Below, piece after piece: positions 18,296 through 28,463 of a stretch of 64,000 bases of DNA. The notes beneath the pieces were generated by a model that was given only the letters and a program-made list of their open reading frames with translations, ran no database searches and was not told the origin of the DNA. The position numbers and the translations under genes were made by a program. The DNA comes from an uncultured Chloroflexia bacterium (lineage in GTDB: Bacteria; Chloroflexota; Limnocylindria; Limnocylindrales; CSP1-4): NCBI GenBank assembly GCA_963813535.1, contig CAWEZH010000002.1, positions 1,975,082 through 2,039,081 on the forward strand, given 5' to 3'. Positions within the stretch are counted from its first letter, which is position 1; each line of letters starts with the position of its first letter.

Positions 18296-19672
18296 ATGGA
18301 CACCGACCCGATCCCGAACCAGCCGACCACCGACCACGAGCCGCCGGGCGCGACCTCCCTCGCGCCGGGTCCCTCCCAGGTTCCGACGTCTTCGGCGACT
18401 GGTCACGGTGGCCGGACGGCGGCCATCGGTGCGGTCGTCGCGCTCGCGATGGTGGTGACGTTCACTGCCGGGATCGGGGTCGGACGACTGGTCGCGCCTC
18501 CTGGCGCTCCGGACGGGACGGCCCCGAACCCAGGCTCCTCGCAGGGTGCCACCGAGTTCGGCCTCATCAGGGAGGCCTGGGACACGCTCCACCAGCAATT
18601 CGTCGGACGGGACGACCTTGACGACCGCGCGCTCATCTACGGGGCGATCGAAGGGCTGACCCAGGCGGTCGGCGACACCGGCCACACCGACTTCATGACG
18701 CCCGAGGAGCGCAAGCAGCGCAACGACTCGCTGTCGGGCTCGTACGTCGGCATCGGTGTCCGGATCGAGCCGGACGACGCCGGCTTGCCCAAGATCATCG
18801 GCGTCTTCGAGGGCAGCCCGGCCGAGACGGCGGGTCTCGTGCCCGATGACGTCATCATGGCCGTGGACGGGAAACGCACCGAGGACACGTCGATCGACCA
18901 GGTGGCAGGCTGGGTCCGCGGCGAGGCGGGCTCGACCGTCGAGCTGACCGTCCGCCGTGGCGCCGACGGTCCGGAGCGGACGGTACCGATCGTCCGCGCC
19001 GACGTTCCGATCCAGCCCGTGTCGTGGACGCTCGTGCCCGGCACCAAGACGGCGCTGTTCCGGCTTGAGCAGTTCTCCAACGGCGCCGCGGACGACATGG
19101 TCGAGACGCTGAAGGCTGCGCGGGCGGCCGGGGCGGACCGGATCGTGCTCGATATGCGGGGCAACCCGGGTGGCTACGTGAACGAGGCGGTCGGCGTCGC
19201 CAGCCAGTTCCTCACCAGCGGTCTCGTGTACGTCGAGCGCAACGCCGCCGGCGACCGGACGGAGCATCCCGTGTCGGCGAACGGCGTCGCGACCGATCTG
19301 CCGCTGGTCGTCGTCGTCGACGGCAACACGGCGAGCTCGGCCGAGATCGTGTCCGGAGCGCTCCAGGACGCGGGTCGTGCCAAGGTCGTCGGCGAGACGA
19401 CCTTCGGGACCGGGACCGTGCTCGGCGAGTTCGACCTGTCTGACGGATCGGCGCTGCGTGTCGGGACGGTCGAATGGCTGACGCCGAGCGGTCGGCGGAT
19501 CTGGCACGAGGGGATCGCCCCTGACGTGCCGGTGGCCTTGCCCACAGAGACGCAGCCCCTCAGCCCCGAGGACGTGGCACGGCTGACCGCGGCTGCGGTC
19601 GGGTCCATCGACGACACACAACTCGCCAGGGCCCTCGAGCTCGTGCGAACGGAGCAAGTCGCCACCAGATAG
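18296..19672 (+). CDS. ctpA: S41 C-terminal processing protease (TM + PDZ)
   Basis: YVGIG PDZ, LDMRGNPGG, TASSAEI and GETTFGTG. Start uncertain (18287 or 18296). Confidence 0.88.
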   Translation: MDTDPIPNQPTTDHEPPGATSLAPGPSQVPTSSATGHGGRTAAIGAVVALAMVVTFTAGIGVGRLVAPPGAPDGTAPNPGSSQGATEFGLIREAWDTLHQQFVGRDDLDDRALIYGAIEGLTQAVGDTGHTDFMTPEERKQRNDSLSGSYVGIGVRIEPDDAGLPKIIGVFEGSPAETAGLVPDDVIMAVDGKRTEDTSIDQVAGWVRGEAGSTVELTVRRGADGPERTVPIVRADVPIQPVSWTLVPGTKTALFRLEQFSNGAADDMVETLKAARAAGADRIVLDMRGNPGGYVNEAVGVASQFLTSGLVYVERNAAGDRTEHPVSANGVATDLPLVVVVDGNTASSAEIVSGALQDAGRAKVVGETTFGTGTVLGEFDLSDGSALRVGTVEWLTPSGRRIWHEGIAPDVPVALPTETQPLSPEDVARLTAAAVGSIDDTQLARALELVRTEQVATR

Positions 19673-19702
19673 GGACGGCCTGATCGTCCCTTGGCACCCA
19701 CA

Positions 19703-19747
19703 GCGACACCGTCGGCATCGGCGACACCTTCACAGGACTGCTACCGT
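19703..19747 (+). promoter_or_regulatory. Direct repeat GCGACACC x2 and extended -10 (TGcTACCGT) of the catabolic operon
   Basis: GCGACACC at 19703-19710 and 19721-19728; TACCGT at 19742-19747, six nt before the GTG. Confidence 0.45.
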
Positions 19748-19753
19748 CGGGAT

Positions 19754-20971
19754 GTGGCCACCACACCCGACGTCCTCATCATCGGCGGCGGCATCATCGG
19801 CAGTGCGACCGCGTACCACCTCGCCCGGCGCGGAGCGTCGGTGACGTTGCTCGAAGCGAGCTCGCTGGCCTACGGCGCGACCGGTCGCAACCTGGGCTAC
19901 ATCTGGGTCCACACGCGTCGGCCCGGCCCCGAGCTCGAGCTCGTGATGCACCTCCGTCGCGAGCTCGAAGGGTTGCCGGAAGAGCTCGGCGCCGACTTCG
20001 GCCTGCGCACGGACGGTGGCCTGCTCTACGTGCACACCGAGGCCCAGCTGGCGACGCTCCGGGAATTCGTGGCGGGACGCCAGGCGGACGGCGTCGACAT
20101 CCGGATGCTCGACGGCGATGAAGCACGCTCGATGGCGCCGATCCTGCCAGACAGCGTGATCGGCGCCTCCTTCTGCCCCCTCGACGCCCAGATGGACTCG
20201 ACCCGCTATGTGCGGGCGTTCGCGGCCGCCGCGGAGCGCGCCGGTGCGCGTGTGGTGGAAGGGACGGCGGTCCGAGGGTTCCAGCGCGACGGAGCGAATG
20301 TGACGGGCGTCGAGACCGACGACGGGCCGATCACGGCCGGCTCTGTCGTCGTGGCTGCCGGTGCCTGGACGACCTCGTTGCTGGAAGGTCTCGACGTCGA
20401 GGTCCCGATCTTCCCGATGCGCCTCCAGATCGTCCAGACCGGGCCGATGCCGAGACTGCTCGGTCCGGTCCTCTATGGCCCGGGCGCGGTCAAGCAGTAC
20501 CTGATCTTCCGCGAGCTGCCGAGCTTCCATGCCGAGGATTGGGCGAACGACGCCGAGGACCGCTACGGACGGATGCTGCTCGAAGCCGTCTGCCAGCGCG
20601 ACGACGGCTCGTACCTGCTCGGCTGTGCCGTGGACTACCCCGGTCACGTCTGGGAGCCGGACGTTGCCGGGGTCGGGCTCGTCACCGATGCCATCCCCCA
20701 CTCGATGCCTGCACTGCAGGGTGCCTCGTTCGCACGGGCGTGGGCCGGTGTCCTCCCGTACACCGCCGACAACCTGCCGATCGTCGATGCGCTGCCCGGG
20801 TTCGACAACGTCTACGTCGCCGCAGGCCACGTCTTCGGGAATGGGGCCGGGCCGACCACCGGGAGGCTGATGGCGGACCTCATCTGCGGGGCCGAACCGC
20901 CGATGGACATGACCCCGTTCCGTGCCGACCGTCCGAGCCTCACCCCGTCGGCCGACGGGAGCGTCTGGTGA
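19754..20971 (+). CDS. FAD-dependent amine/D-amino acid oxidoreductase (DAO family)
   Basis: IIGGGIIG, GATGRNLG, VVVAAGAW, WAG..PYTADNLPIV and GHVFGN. Confidence 0.88.
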   Translation: MATTPDVLIIGGGIIGSATAYHLARRGASVTLLEASSLAYGATGRNLGYIWVHTRRPGPELELVMHLRRELEGLPEELGADFGLRTDGGLLYVHTEAQLATLREFVAGRQADGVDIRMLDGDEARSMAPILPDSVIGASFCPLDAQMDSTRYVRAFAAAAERAGARVVEGTAVRGFQRDGANVTGVETDDGPITAGSVVVAAGAWTTSLLEGLDVEVPIFPMRLQIVQTGPMPRLLGPVLYGPGAVKQYLIFRELPSFHAEDWANDAEDRYGRMLLEAVCQRDDGSYLLGCAVDYPGHVWEPDVAGVGLVTDAIPHSMPALQGASFARAWAGVLPYTADNLPIVDALPGFDNVYVAAGHVFGNGAGPTTGRLMADLICGAEPPMDMTPFRADRPSLTPSADGSVW

Positions 20972-21780
20972 CGATGGGCGACGAGACACGCCGCATCGCC
21001 TTCATCAATCCGTTCGGCACAGCGGCCTTCGACGAGATCATCGAGGACACGCTCGTCCCGTACGCCGGACCCGCGACCACGGTGGACGTGATCCATCTCG
21101 ACGGGGTGCCGGAGAACATCGACTACTACTACCCCAAGCACCTCATGGAGGTCGCCATCTTCCGCGCCGTGAGGCGGCTCGAGGGCGAGGGCTATGACGC
21201 GGTCGTGGTCGGTTGCTGCTACGACCCAGGCGTCAAGGTCGCCCGCGAGCTCGTCGACATCCCGGTCATCGGGCCGCTCGAGGCGGCCATGAACCATGCC
21301 TCGTACTTCGGCCACCGATTCACGGTCATCACCGACCACCGCAAGGCCGTGCCATGGCTCGAGGACCTGGTGCGCCTCCACGGGGCGGCCAACTGCCGCG
21401 GTGTGCGCTGCATCGACTGGTACATCACCGACATGATCCGCGACCCATCGGCCGTGGCCGACGATGCCGCGGCCCGATCGTTGACGGCGCTCGACGAGGA
21501 TGGCTCGGAGGTGATCATCCTCGGTTGCACGATCATCGCCGGCTGCCTCGAGCGCGAGATCATGACGACGGGCCGCCACCGCGAGCTGCCGATCCTCAAT
21601 CCGAATCTGTTGGCACTCAAGGCCGCCGAGACCCTCGCCGACCTGCACAAGGCCGGGAAGTACTCGATCAGCCGCATGGGTCAATACCAGCGACACGAGC
21701 AACACGATGCGACGGAGGCGGCTGACGTCTGGCGGCGCTGGCGGCTCGTCGACCTGGATCATCCCGACGCCGGCGCATGA
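20968..21780 (+). CDS. Asp/Glu/hydantoin racemase family protein
   Basis: FINP, VGCCYDPG...RELVDIPVIG and ILGCT two-cysteine motifs. Confidence 0.85.
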   Translation: MTMGDETRRIAFINPFGTAAFDEIIEDTLVPYAGPATTVDVIHLDGVPENIDYYYPKHLMEVAIFRAVRRLEGEGYDAVVVGCCYDPGVKVARELVDIPVIGPLEAAMNHASYFGHRFTVITDHRKAVPWLEDLVRLHGAANCRGVRCIDWYITDMIRDPSAVADDAAARSLTALDEDGSEVIILGCTIIAGCLEREIMTTGRHRELPILNPNLLALKAAETLADLHKAGKYSISRMGQYQRHEQHDATEAADVWRRWRLVDLDHPDAGA

Positions 21781-22770
21781 GCGTCGAGACGCATTCGGTC
21801 GAGGCGACGGCGCGACGGGTGGTCGCCGACTACCTTGCCGTCCGACCGCGTGAACGGTTCGCGATCGTCATCGATACCCGGACCGACCAGGAGATCCCGG
21901 GCGCCCTCGCCGCGGTGGCGCGCGACATCGGAGCGGAGCCGGTCGTCGTGACGATCGAGCCGCTTGCCCAGAGCGGCGCCGAACCGCCAGCCGGACGCAG
22001 CCCGCGCGATGCTCACCGCCGACGTCATCCTGTGTGCGGCCAGCACATCGCTCTATCACACCGCGGCCAAGGCGGCCGCGCAGCGGGCCGGCGCACGTGG
22101 CGATTTCAATGCGCCGTATCGCGCCGACGCGTGGCGCGCTGGCGCGATGACGGCCGACTTCTTCGCGATCCGCGAGCAGGCCGAGCGACTCGCTGCCCTC
22201 TGGCGGGGGACAAACGAGGTCCGCATCACGTCTCCGGCGGGTACGGACCTGCGGGCGACGGTGCGCGGGCGGGAACCGGTCGCCTGGCGCACCGGGATCT
22301 GTCGCGAACCAGGCGAGGTCTCGGCGCTGCCCGGCGGTGAGGTGTCCGTTCCGCCGCTCGAGGCGACGGCGAACGGGGTCGTCGTCTGGGAGCGCGTCGC
22401 GTCGGACCTCGGGGCCCTCGACGAACCCGTCCGCTTCACAGTCCGCGACGGCCGCGCGGTCGACGTCGAAGGCGGCCGCTCCGCCGCGCGACTTCGCGAC
22501 ATCGTGGCGAGCGTGGTGGACGCCGACAACATCGCCGAGATCGGCATCGGCCTCAACCCGGCGGCCCGGATCGCGGACGAGATCACCGAGGCGAAGAAGG
22601 CGTACGGCACGGTCCATATCGCGCTCGGCGACTCGGCCAACGAGTACGGCGGGACGGTCGAATGCGACGTCCATCTCGATGGGCTGGTCATGGCGCCGAC
22701 GATCACGTTCGACGACAGGGCGGTCGTCGTCGACGGCCGCCACGTGTACGCCGGTGCATCGGAGGCGTGA
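21777..22770 (+). CDS. M29/aminopeptidase-T-like (NicX-like) metallo-protein, split by a +1 frameshift near 21992
   Basis: The N-terminus (…SGAEPP) in ORF 21777 continues into ORF 21964 (ARAMLTAD...SPAGTDL...LPGGEV...NIAEIGIGLNP...GTVHIALG...HLD). Confidence 0.75.
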
Positions 22771-22774
22771 GTCG

Positions 22775-24088
22775 ATGACGCGCTATCCGGGACCGAAGGC
22801 CCGCGTCCTCATCGAGCGCATGCGCCGAGTCGAAGGTGCCGGCCCTCGGACCGGCGCCGGCGAACCGTTGGTCATCGATCACGCGGCCGGCGCCACCCTC
22901 GTCGACCCAGACGGCAACCGCTTCACCGACCTGGCAGGCAGCTTCGCGGCTGCGACGATCGGCCACAGCCACCCCGACGTGGTGACGGCGGTCGAAGCCC
23001 AGATCGGCGCCGCGAGTCACGTGTCGTCAGCGGCGATCAGCGAGCAGCGTGTCGGGTTCGAGGAGGACCTCGTCGGGATCGCCCCGCAGGGACTCGACCG
23101 CGTCCTGCTCGGGATCAGCGGCGCCGACGCGAACGACACGGCCGTGAAGCTCGCACGGACCCTCACCGGTCGACGCGAGGTGCTCGCGTTCTCGGGTGGG
23201 TACTTCGGTCGGGCCGGCGGAGTCGTCGGTCTGAACGGGAAGGCGTCGTTCCGGTCGCGGGCCGGCGTCGATCCGGACGCCCATTTCCTGCCGTTCCCGG
23301 ATCCGTATCGCTGGCCGGATGAGCTGGGCGGGCCGGCCGTTGCGGGCGATGCGGCGCTTCAGCTGGTCCGCGATGCGCTGGAGGATCCGGCGTCGGGGAT
23401 CGGCCCCCTCGCGGCGATCGTCGTCGAACCGGTCCAGGGCAACGGTGGCATCGTGAGTCCGCCGGACGGGTTCCTGGCCGGGCTCCGGGCGCTGTGCGAC
23501 GCGCACGGGGTCGTGCTGATCTTCGATGAGATCCAGGCCGGGTTCGGGCGCACCGGCAGGATGTGGGCGGCGGAGCACGCGGGCGTCGTGCCCGACCTCA
23601 TGACGGTCGGCAAGGGCATCGGCGGCGGCATGGCGCTGTCGGCCGTGGTCGGGAACGCCGGATCCATGAGCCACTGGTCCGCCGGCACCCATACGTCCAC
23701 CTTCCTCGGGAACGCCGTGAACCTGGCGGCCGGCCGGGCCGCGATCCGGGTCATGTGCCGCGACCGGCTGTGGGAGCGATCGGCCGGCCTCGGCTCGCGC
23801 CTCCTCGACCGGCTGGCCGAGGGTCTCGACGGAGTAGCGCATGTCGGGGATATCCGGGGCCGAGGCCTGTTCATCGGCATCGAGCTGGTCAGTGACAGGG
23901 CGACGAAGAAGCCCGATCCGGAGGCCTGCGCAGCCGTCCGCGAGCACGCCTTCGATGCGGGCGTCGTCGTTGCCGTCGCCGGTCGATACGAGCAGGTCGT
24001 GAAGATCAGCCCGCCCCTGACGATCGATGAGCGCCAGGCGAACGACGCGATCGACGTGGTGATCGATGCGATCCGGAGGAGTCGATGA
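22775..24088 (+). CDS. Class III (omega) aminotransferase, GABA-AT-like
   Basis: IGHSHP, VEPVQGNGG, FDEIQAGFGRTG, PDLMTVGKGIGGG and HTSTFLGN. Confidence 0.9.
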   Translation: MTRYPGPKARVLIERMRRVEGAGPRTGAGEPLVIDHAAGATLVDPDGNRFTDLAGSFAAATIGHSHPDVVTAVEAQIGAASHVSSAAISEQRVGFEEDLVGIAPQGLDRVLLGISGADANDTAVKLARTLTGRREVLAFSGGYFGRAGGVVGLNGKASFRSRAGVDPDAHFLPFPDPYRWPDELGGPAVAGDAALQLVRDALEDPASGIGPLAAIVVEPVQGNGGIVSPPDGFLAGLRALCDAHGVVLIFDEIQAGFGRTGRMWAAEHAGVVPDLMTVGKGIGGGMALSAVVGNAGSMSHWSAGTHTSTFLGNAVNLAAGRAAIRVMCRDRLWERSAGLGSRLLDRLAEGLDGVAHVGDIRGRGLFIGIELVSDRATKKPDPEACAAVREHAFDAGVVVAVAGRYEQVVKISPPLTIDERQANDAIDVVIDAIRRSR

Positions 24089-25572
24089 TCGAGACCGGGA
24101 CGGCGGCGCGAGAGGTCTTCAACTACATCGACGGCGGCTGGGTCCCCAGCAGCGGCGAGACATTCGAGAGCCGCGACCCGGCCACGGGTGACCTCGTCGC
24201 GACCGCGACCGCCTCCACGCTCGACGACGTGTCCGCGGCCATCGAGGCCGCCCGTCGCGCATTCGACCAGACCGGCTGGCCGACGACGGCGGGCAAGGAG
24301 CGTGCGGCGATCCTGTACGAGCTCGCCCGGCTCCTGCGTGAGGAGTCGCCGCGACTGGCCGAGCTCGTCGCTCGAGAGATGGGCAAGCCGATCCGGTACG
24401 TCCGCGAACGGGAGCTCGAGCCGGCCATCGACCGCATCCTGTTCTACGCCGGGGCAGCGAGGCTCATCCAGGGCGACGTCACGAGCTCGGCGCCGGGCCA
24501 CCTGCTCAACCTGGTCCTGAAGGAGCCCGTCGGCGTGTGCGGGCTCATCACGCCCTGGAACGACCCCGTCGACCTGCCCTTGCGCAAGATCGGTGCCGCG
24601 ATCGCCACCGGCTGCACGTTCGTGCTGAAACCGGCCAGCGACGCCCCGGCCTCGTCGATGGCGATCTTCGAGCTGCTCGACCGGATCGAAGCGCTGCCCC
24701 CAGGTGTCGCCAACGGCGTCGTCGGGCAAGGCGAGGTCATCGGTGAGGCGCTTGCCGCCGACCCGCACGTCGACAAGATCAGCTTCACCGGCAGCAGCGA
24801 GGTCGGCCGCCGGCTGATCGAGCTCGGCGCGCGAAACTTCAAGCGGGTCGCGATCGAAGGCGGCGGAAAAGCACCGGTGATCGTGTTCCCGGACGCGAAC
24901 CTCGACAAGGCGCTCGACGCGGTCGCTGTCGGCATCTTCCTGTACGCCGGTCAGTCATGTACCGCGGGATCCCGACTGCTGCTCCATCGGTCGATCCACG
25001 ACGCGTTCCTCGACGGGCTGATCGCCCGGGCCAGGGCGCTCAAGGTCGGGTCACCGCTCGAGGAGGACACGCAGCTCGGCCCGATGGTCTCGGCCCGCCA
25101 GCTCGATCGTGTCCTGGGATATGTCGAGCAAGGTCGCAAGGAGCAGGCTCGCCTCATCCTCGGCGGAGAGCGGCTCGGCGGTGACTGGGCGAACGGCTAC
25201 TACATGGCGCCGACCATCTTCGATGACGTCCGCTCCGACATGGCCATCGCGCGCGAGGAGATCTTCGGGCCGGTCCTGTCGGTCTTGACCTTCGATGACG
25301 AGGACGAGGCCCTCGCCATCGCCAACGACAACCCGCTCGGTCTCGGCAGTGCGGTCTGGACCAGGGATCTCGACCGTGCCATCCGCCTCGCCAGGCGGCT
25401 CCGCGTCGGCGACGTGTGGGTCAACACGCACTATGTCCGCCTGGCCGAGAGCCCGTTCGGCGGCGTCAAGGGCAGCGGCATCGGCCGCGAGCTCGGCATG
25501 GAAGGGCTCGACGAATACCTCGAGACGAAGCGCATCTGTATCGATAGCTCCCCGACGTTCCACATCCGCTGA
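24085..25572 (+). CDS. Aldehyde dehydrogenase
   Basis: PWN, SFTGS, EGGGKAP, GQSCTAG, EEIFGPV and PFGGVKGSG. Confidence 0.93.
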   Translation: MIETGTAAREVFNYIDGGWVPSSGETFESRDPATGDLVATATASTLDDVSAAIEAARRAFDQTGWPTTAGKERAAILYELARLLREESPRLAELVAREMGKPIRYVRERELEPAIDRILFYAGAARLIQGDVTSSAPGHLLNLVLKEPVGVCGLITPWNDPVDLPLRKIGAAIATGCTFVLKPASDAPASSMAIFELLDRIEALPPGVANGVVGQGEVIGEALAADPHVDKISFTGSSEVGRRLIELGARNFKRVAIEGGGKAPVIVFPDANLDKALDAVAVGIFLYAGQSCTAGSRLLLHRSIHDAFLDGLIARARALKVGSPLEEDTQLGPMVSARQLDRVLGYVEQGRKEQARLILGGERLGGDWANGYYMAPTIFDDVRSDMAIAREEIFGPVLSVLTFDDEDEALAIANDNPLGLGSAVWTRDLDRAIRLARRLRVGDVWVNTHYVRLAESPFGGVKGSGIGRELGMEGLDEYLETKRICIDSSPTFHIR

Positions 25573-25573
25573 C

Positions 25574-27067
25574 GTGGCGTCACGCCGCATCTCCCCAACG
25601 GAGCCGGCGCCGAGCCCCCCACGGCGCCGGGTCCGATACACCTTCGACGGGCGTTCGCTCGAAGGTTTCGACGGCGAGCCGCTGGCCGTCGCGCTGTTGG
25701 CTGCGGACCGGCCGATCCTGTCGCGCAGCTTCCGGTTCCACCGCCCGCGCGGGCTCATGTGCGACACGGGTCAATGCGGCTGGTGCGAGTGCGAGATCGA
25801 CGGTCGCCCCAGCGTCCGGTCGTGCCAGGTGCCGGTGCGGGAGGGACTGGTGGCTCGCGGCGAACACGCCTGGCCGTCGGTCCAGCGGGATCTGTTCGGG
25901 CTGCTCGATCTCGGCTCGCGGCTCGTCCCGCCGACGTTCTACCACCATCGATTCCTCCGGCCCCGGAGGCTTCGGAGGCGCTACCTCGACGTCATCCGGC
26001 GGTTCGGCGGCCGTGGCCGGCTGCCGGTCGGCCGCTCGGCAGCACCTCGGTCGCGCGTGGCACGCACCCTCGAGGTCGACGTCCTGGTCATCGGCGGCGG
26101 GCGCTCGGGAGTCGCCGCTGCGGACGAGGCGGCAGAACGCGGATCGAGCGTGGCGCTGCTCGAGACCGTCGCTCAGCGCGCCCATCCGCGGCATCCCGGG
26201 ATCCGTTTCCTCGATGGGGCGACGGCCGTGGGTTGGTACGACGGGATCGTCACTGCCATCGACGACTCCGCGTCGTGGTCGATCCGAGCGGGATCCGTCA
26301 TCGCCGCGACCGGGACCTACGAGCGCGTGCCCGCAGTCCGGGGAGCGGATCGGCCGGGCGTGATCGGCGCGCGGCGGGCCATCGACCTCGTCACGACGCA
26401 CGGCGTCCTGCCCGGCGAACGGCCGCTGCTCGTCGGGGAGCCTGGGGACCTGGCCGGGGCGCAGGCCGCGCTCGAGCGAGCCGGCGCGCGGTTGACGGGT
26501 CCGGTCCCGACCTCCGCCCTTCGACGCGTCCTCGGTCGACGTCGGGTGACAGGCGCCGTCGTCGGCGGTACAGGCCGAGCACGGCGTCTGTCGGTCGACC
26601 TCGTCGTCTTCGGCGATCGGACGCCCAACCTCGACCTCGTGCTGGCGGCCGGCGCATCCGTCGAACAGCGCGACGGTGTCCTCCGACCGATCCTCGACGA
26701 CGCCGGCCGGACGACGGTGCCGATGCTCTCGGTCGTCGGCTCGGCGACGGGCGCCGGGGTCGCGAGCGCCGCCGTCCGACCGGCCCGCAGGGCGCTCCTG
26801 TGTTTCTGTGAGGACGTCCACGCGGACGAGATCGAGGCACAGCTCGTCGCGGGCTACGGCGACCCCGAACTGGTCAAGCGGCGGACCGGTGCCCTGACCG
26901 GGCCGTGCCAGGGGAAGTACTGCCTCCAGGCGTTCGCGAGCACCGTGGCCGGTGCGTCTGGTACGGACGGCCTGACCTCCCCGTTGCCGCTGCCGACCGC
27001 TCGGCCGCCACTGCGCCCGATCCGCCTCGGCGACCTCGTCGCGACCGAGGGAACGCAGGACGCATGA
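25574..27067 (+). CDS. 2Fe-2S/flavin oxidoreductase alpha subunit (sarcosine oxidase alpha / dye-linked proline dehydrogenase alpha-like)
   Basis: RSFRFHRPRGLMCDTGQCGWC...RSC, VIGGGRSG, and C-terminal CFCEDV...TGPCQGKYC...TARPPLRP. Confidence 0.82.
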   Translation: MASRRISPTEPAPSPPRRRVRYTFDGRSLEGFDGEPLAVALLAADRPILSRSFRFHRPRGLMCDTGQCGWCECEIDGRPSVRSCQVPVREGLVARGEHAWPSVQRDLFGLLDLGSRLVPPTFYHHRFLRPRRLRRRYLDVIRRFGGRGRLPVGRSAAPRSRVARTLEVDVLVIGGGRSGVAAADEAAERGSSVALLETVAQRAHPRHPGIRFLDGATAVGWYDGIVTAIDDSASWSIRAGSVIAATGTYERVPAVRGADRPGVIGARRAIDLVTTHGVLPGERPLLVGEPGDLAGAQAALERAGARLTGPVPTSALRRVLGRRRVTGAVVGGTGRARRLSVDLVVFGDRTPNLDLVLAAGASVEQRDGVLRPILDDAGRTTVPMLSVVGSATGAGVASAAVRPARRALLCFCEDVHADEIEAQLVAGYGDPELVKRRTGALTGPCQGKYCLQAFASTVAGASGTDGLTSPLPLPTARPPLRPIRLGDLVATEGTQDA

Positions 27068-28260
27068 CGCTGCCACGGACAGCCGACGTCGTCATCGTGG
27101 GGGCGGGGATCGGCGGGCTCGGTGCCGCCCGCGAGCTGGCGGCCCGTGGCGTCCGCCGGATCGTGATCGTCGAGCGGGACTACCCGGGCTCCGGTGCGAC
27201 CGGCCGGAACGTGGCACGGATCCGACGGATGCAGCTCACCGAGGAGCTCTGTCGCGTCGCGATGGCGTGCCAGGACAAATACGAGCGGATGGGCGGCGAG
27301 CTCCGCTCGAACGTCCTGTTCTACCGCCTCGGCTACGCCTGGATCCTGTACGAGCCACAGGAGCTCGAGCGGATGCGCGATGTCGTCGCGATCCACGCGC
27401 GACTCGGGATCCGCAGCGCGCTGCTGTCCCCGGACGAGACGCTACGGCACCTGCCCGTGTTCGAAGGGGGCGAGCCGGTCGCCGGCTCCGTCCTGAGCGA
27501 CGACGCGATCGTCCACCACGATGCCGTCGTCTGGGCACACCTCGATCATCTCGCCGGCCGCGACGTCGAGATCCATCCGCACACGACGGTGACCGGCATC
27601 GAACGCGACGCGGGGCATATCCGGGCGGTCGTCACCGATCAGGGCCGGATCGAGACCTCGCTCGTGCTCAACGCCGCCGGCGGCTGGTCAGGCCAGCTCA
27701 ACGCCATGGCCGGCGTGCAGATGCCGAACCGGCCGCTCCGCCGCGAAGTGCTCGTGACCGCCCCGCTGCGTCGGACGATCGAGGCCGCGGTCACGTTCTA
27801 CCGTCCGAGCGAGGGCTGGTTCAACCAGACCCTTCGTGGCGAGGTCGTGATGGGTGCGGTCGACCCCGACGAACCGGCCGGCGTCGAGCAACGTTCGTCG
27901 TGGGCATTCCTGCAGCGGACCGCGGCGCTGATGACGCGCAAGGCGCCGGCCCTGCGCGACGTCACGGTCATCCGCCAATGGGGCGGGATGTACGACATCA
28001 CGCCCGACCACCTGCCGATCGTCGGCCCGACCGCACAGCTCGGCGGCTGGTGGCAGGCGCTCGGCTGGAGCGGCCGCGGCATGCTGCTGGCCCCGTACCT
28101 CACGGAGCTCATGGCCGAGCACATGGTCGCCGGCGAGGCGCCCGCGATGCTCCGCCCGTTCCTCCCCGATCGGTTCGCGCCGACGGGGGAACCCACCGGG
28201 CCGATGGAGACCGACTACTACGCGCGCTATCCGGCGGGCTCGTCGGCCCCCGCGCGCTGA
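27064..28260 (+). CDS. FAD-dependent oxidoreductase beta subunit (sarcosine oxidase/proline dehydrogenase beta-like)
   Basis: IVGAGIGG, GSGATGRN, RQWGGMYDITPDHLPIVG and GWSGRG; ATGA overlap. Confidence 0.85.
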   Translation: MTLPRTADVVIVGAGIGGLGAARELAARGVRRIVIVERDYPGSGATGRNVARIRRMQLTEELCRVAMACQDKYERMGGELRSNVLFYRLGYAWILYEPQELERMRDVVAIHARLGIRSALLSPDETLRHLPVFEGGEPVAGSVLSDDAIVHHDAVVWAHLDHLAGRDVEIHPHTTVTGIERDAGHIRAVVTDQGRIETSLVLNAAGGWSGQLNAMAGVQMPNRPLRREVLVTAPLRRTIEAAVTFYRPSEGWFNQTLRGEVVMGAVDPDEPAGVEQRSSWAFLQRTAALMTRKAPALRDVTVIRQWGGMYDITPDHLPIVGPTAQLGGWWQALGWSGRGMLLAPYLTELMAEHMVAGEAPAMLRPFLPDRFAPTGEPTGPMETDYYARYPAGSSAPAR

Positions 28261-28463
28261 TCCGGCTCGGGCGCCGGTCGCCCCGGCTCGTCGTCGGGGA
28301 AGACGACCTCGATGCCGTCGCCGTCACCCGACACGCCACGCACGGGCTGCGACTTCGCGACGAGCTCGTGGGCGGGCGGCAGCGTCCGGAAGACCTCCTG
28401 GTCGAAGCCGACGAGCATCGAGCCGATCGTCTGGCCCGTCGGACGCTTGCGCTTCTTCGTCAT
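28227..28463 (-). CDS. Small hypothetical protein (78 aa)
   Basis: ATG overlaps the MFS stop (ATGA); MTKKRKRPTGQTIGSMLVGFDQEVFRTLPP. Confidence 0.65.
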   Translation of the reverse strand: MTKKRKRPTGQTIGSMLVGFDQEVFRTLPPAHELVAKSQPVRGVSGDGDGIEVVFPDDEPGRPAPEPDQRAGADEPAG

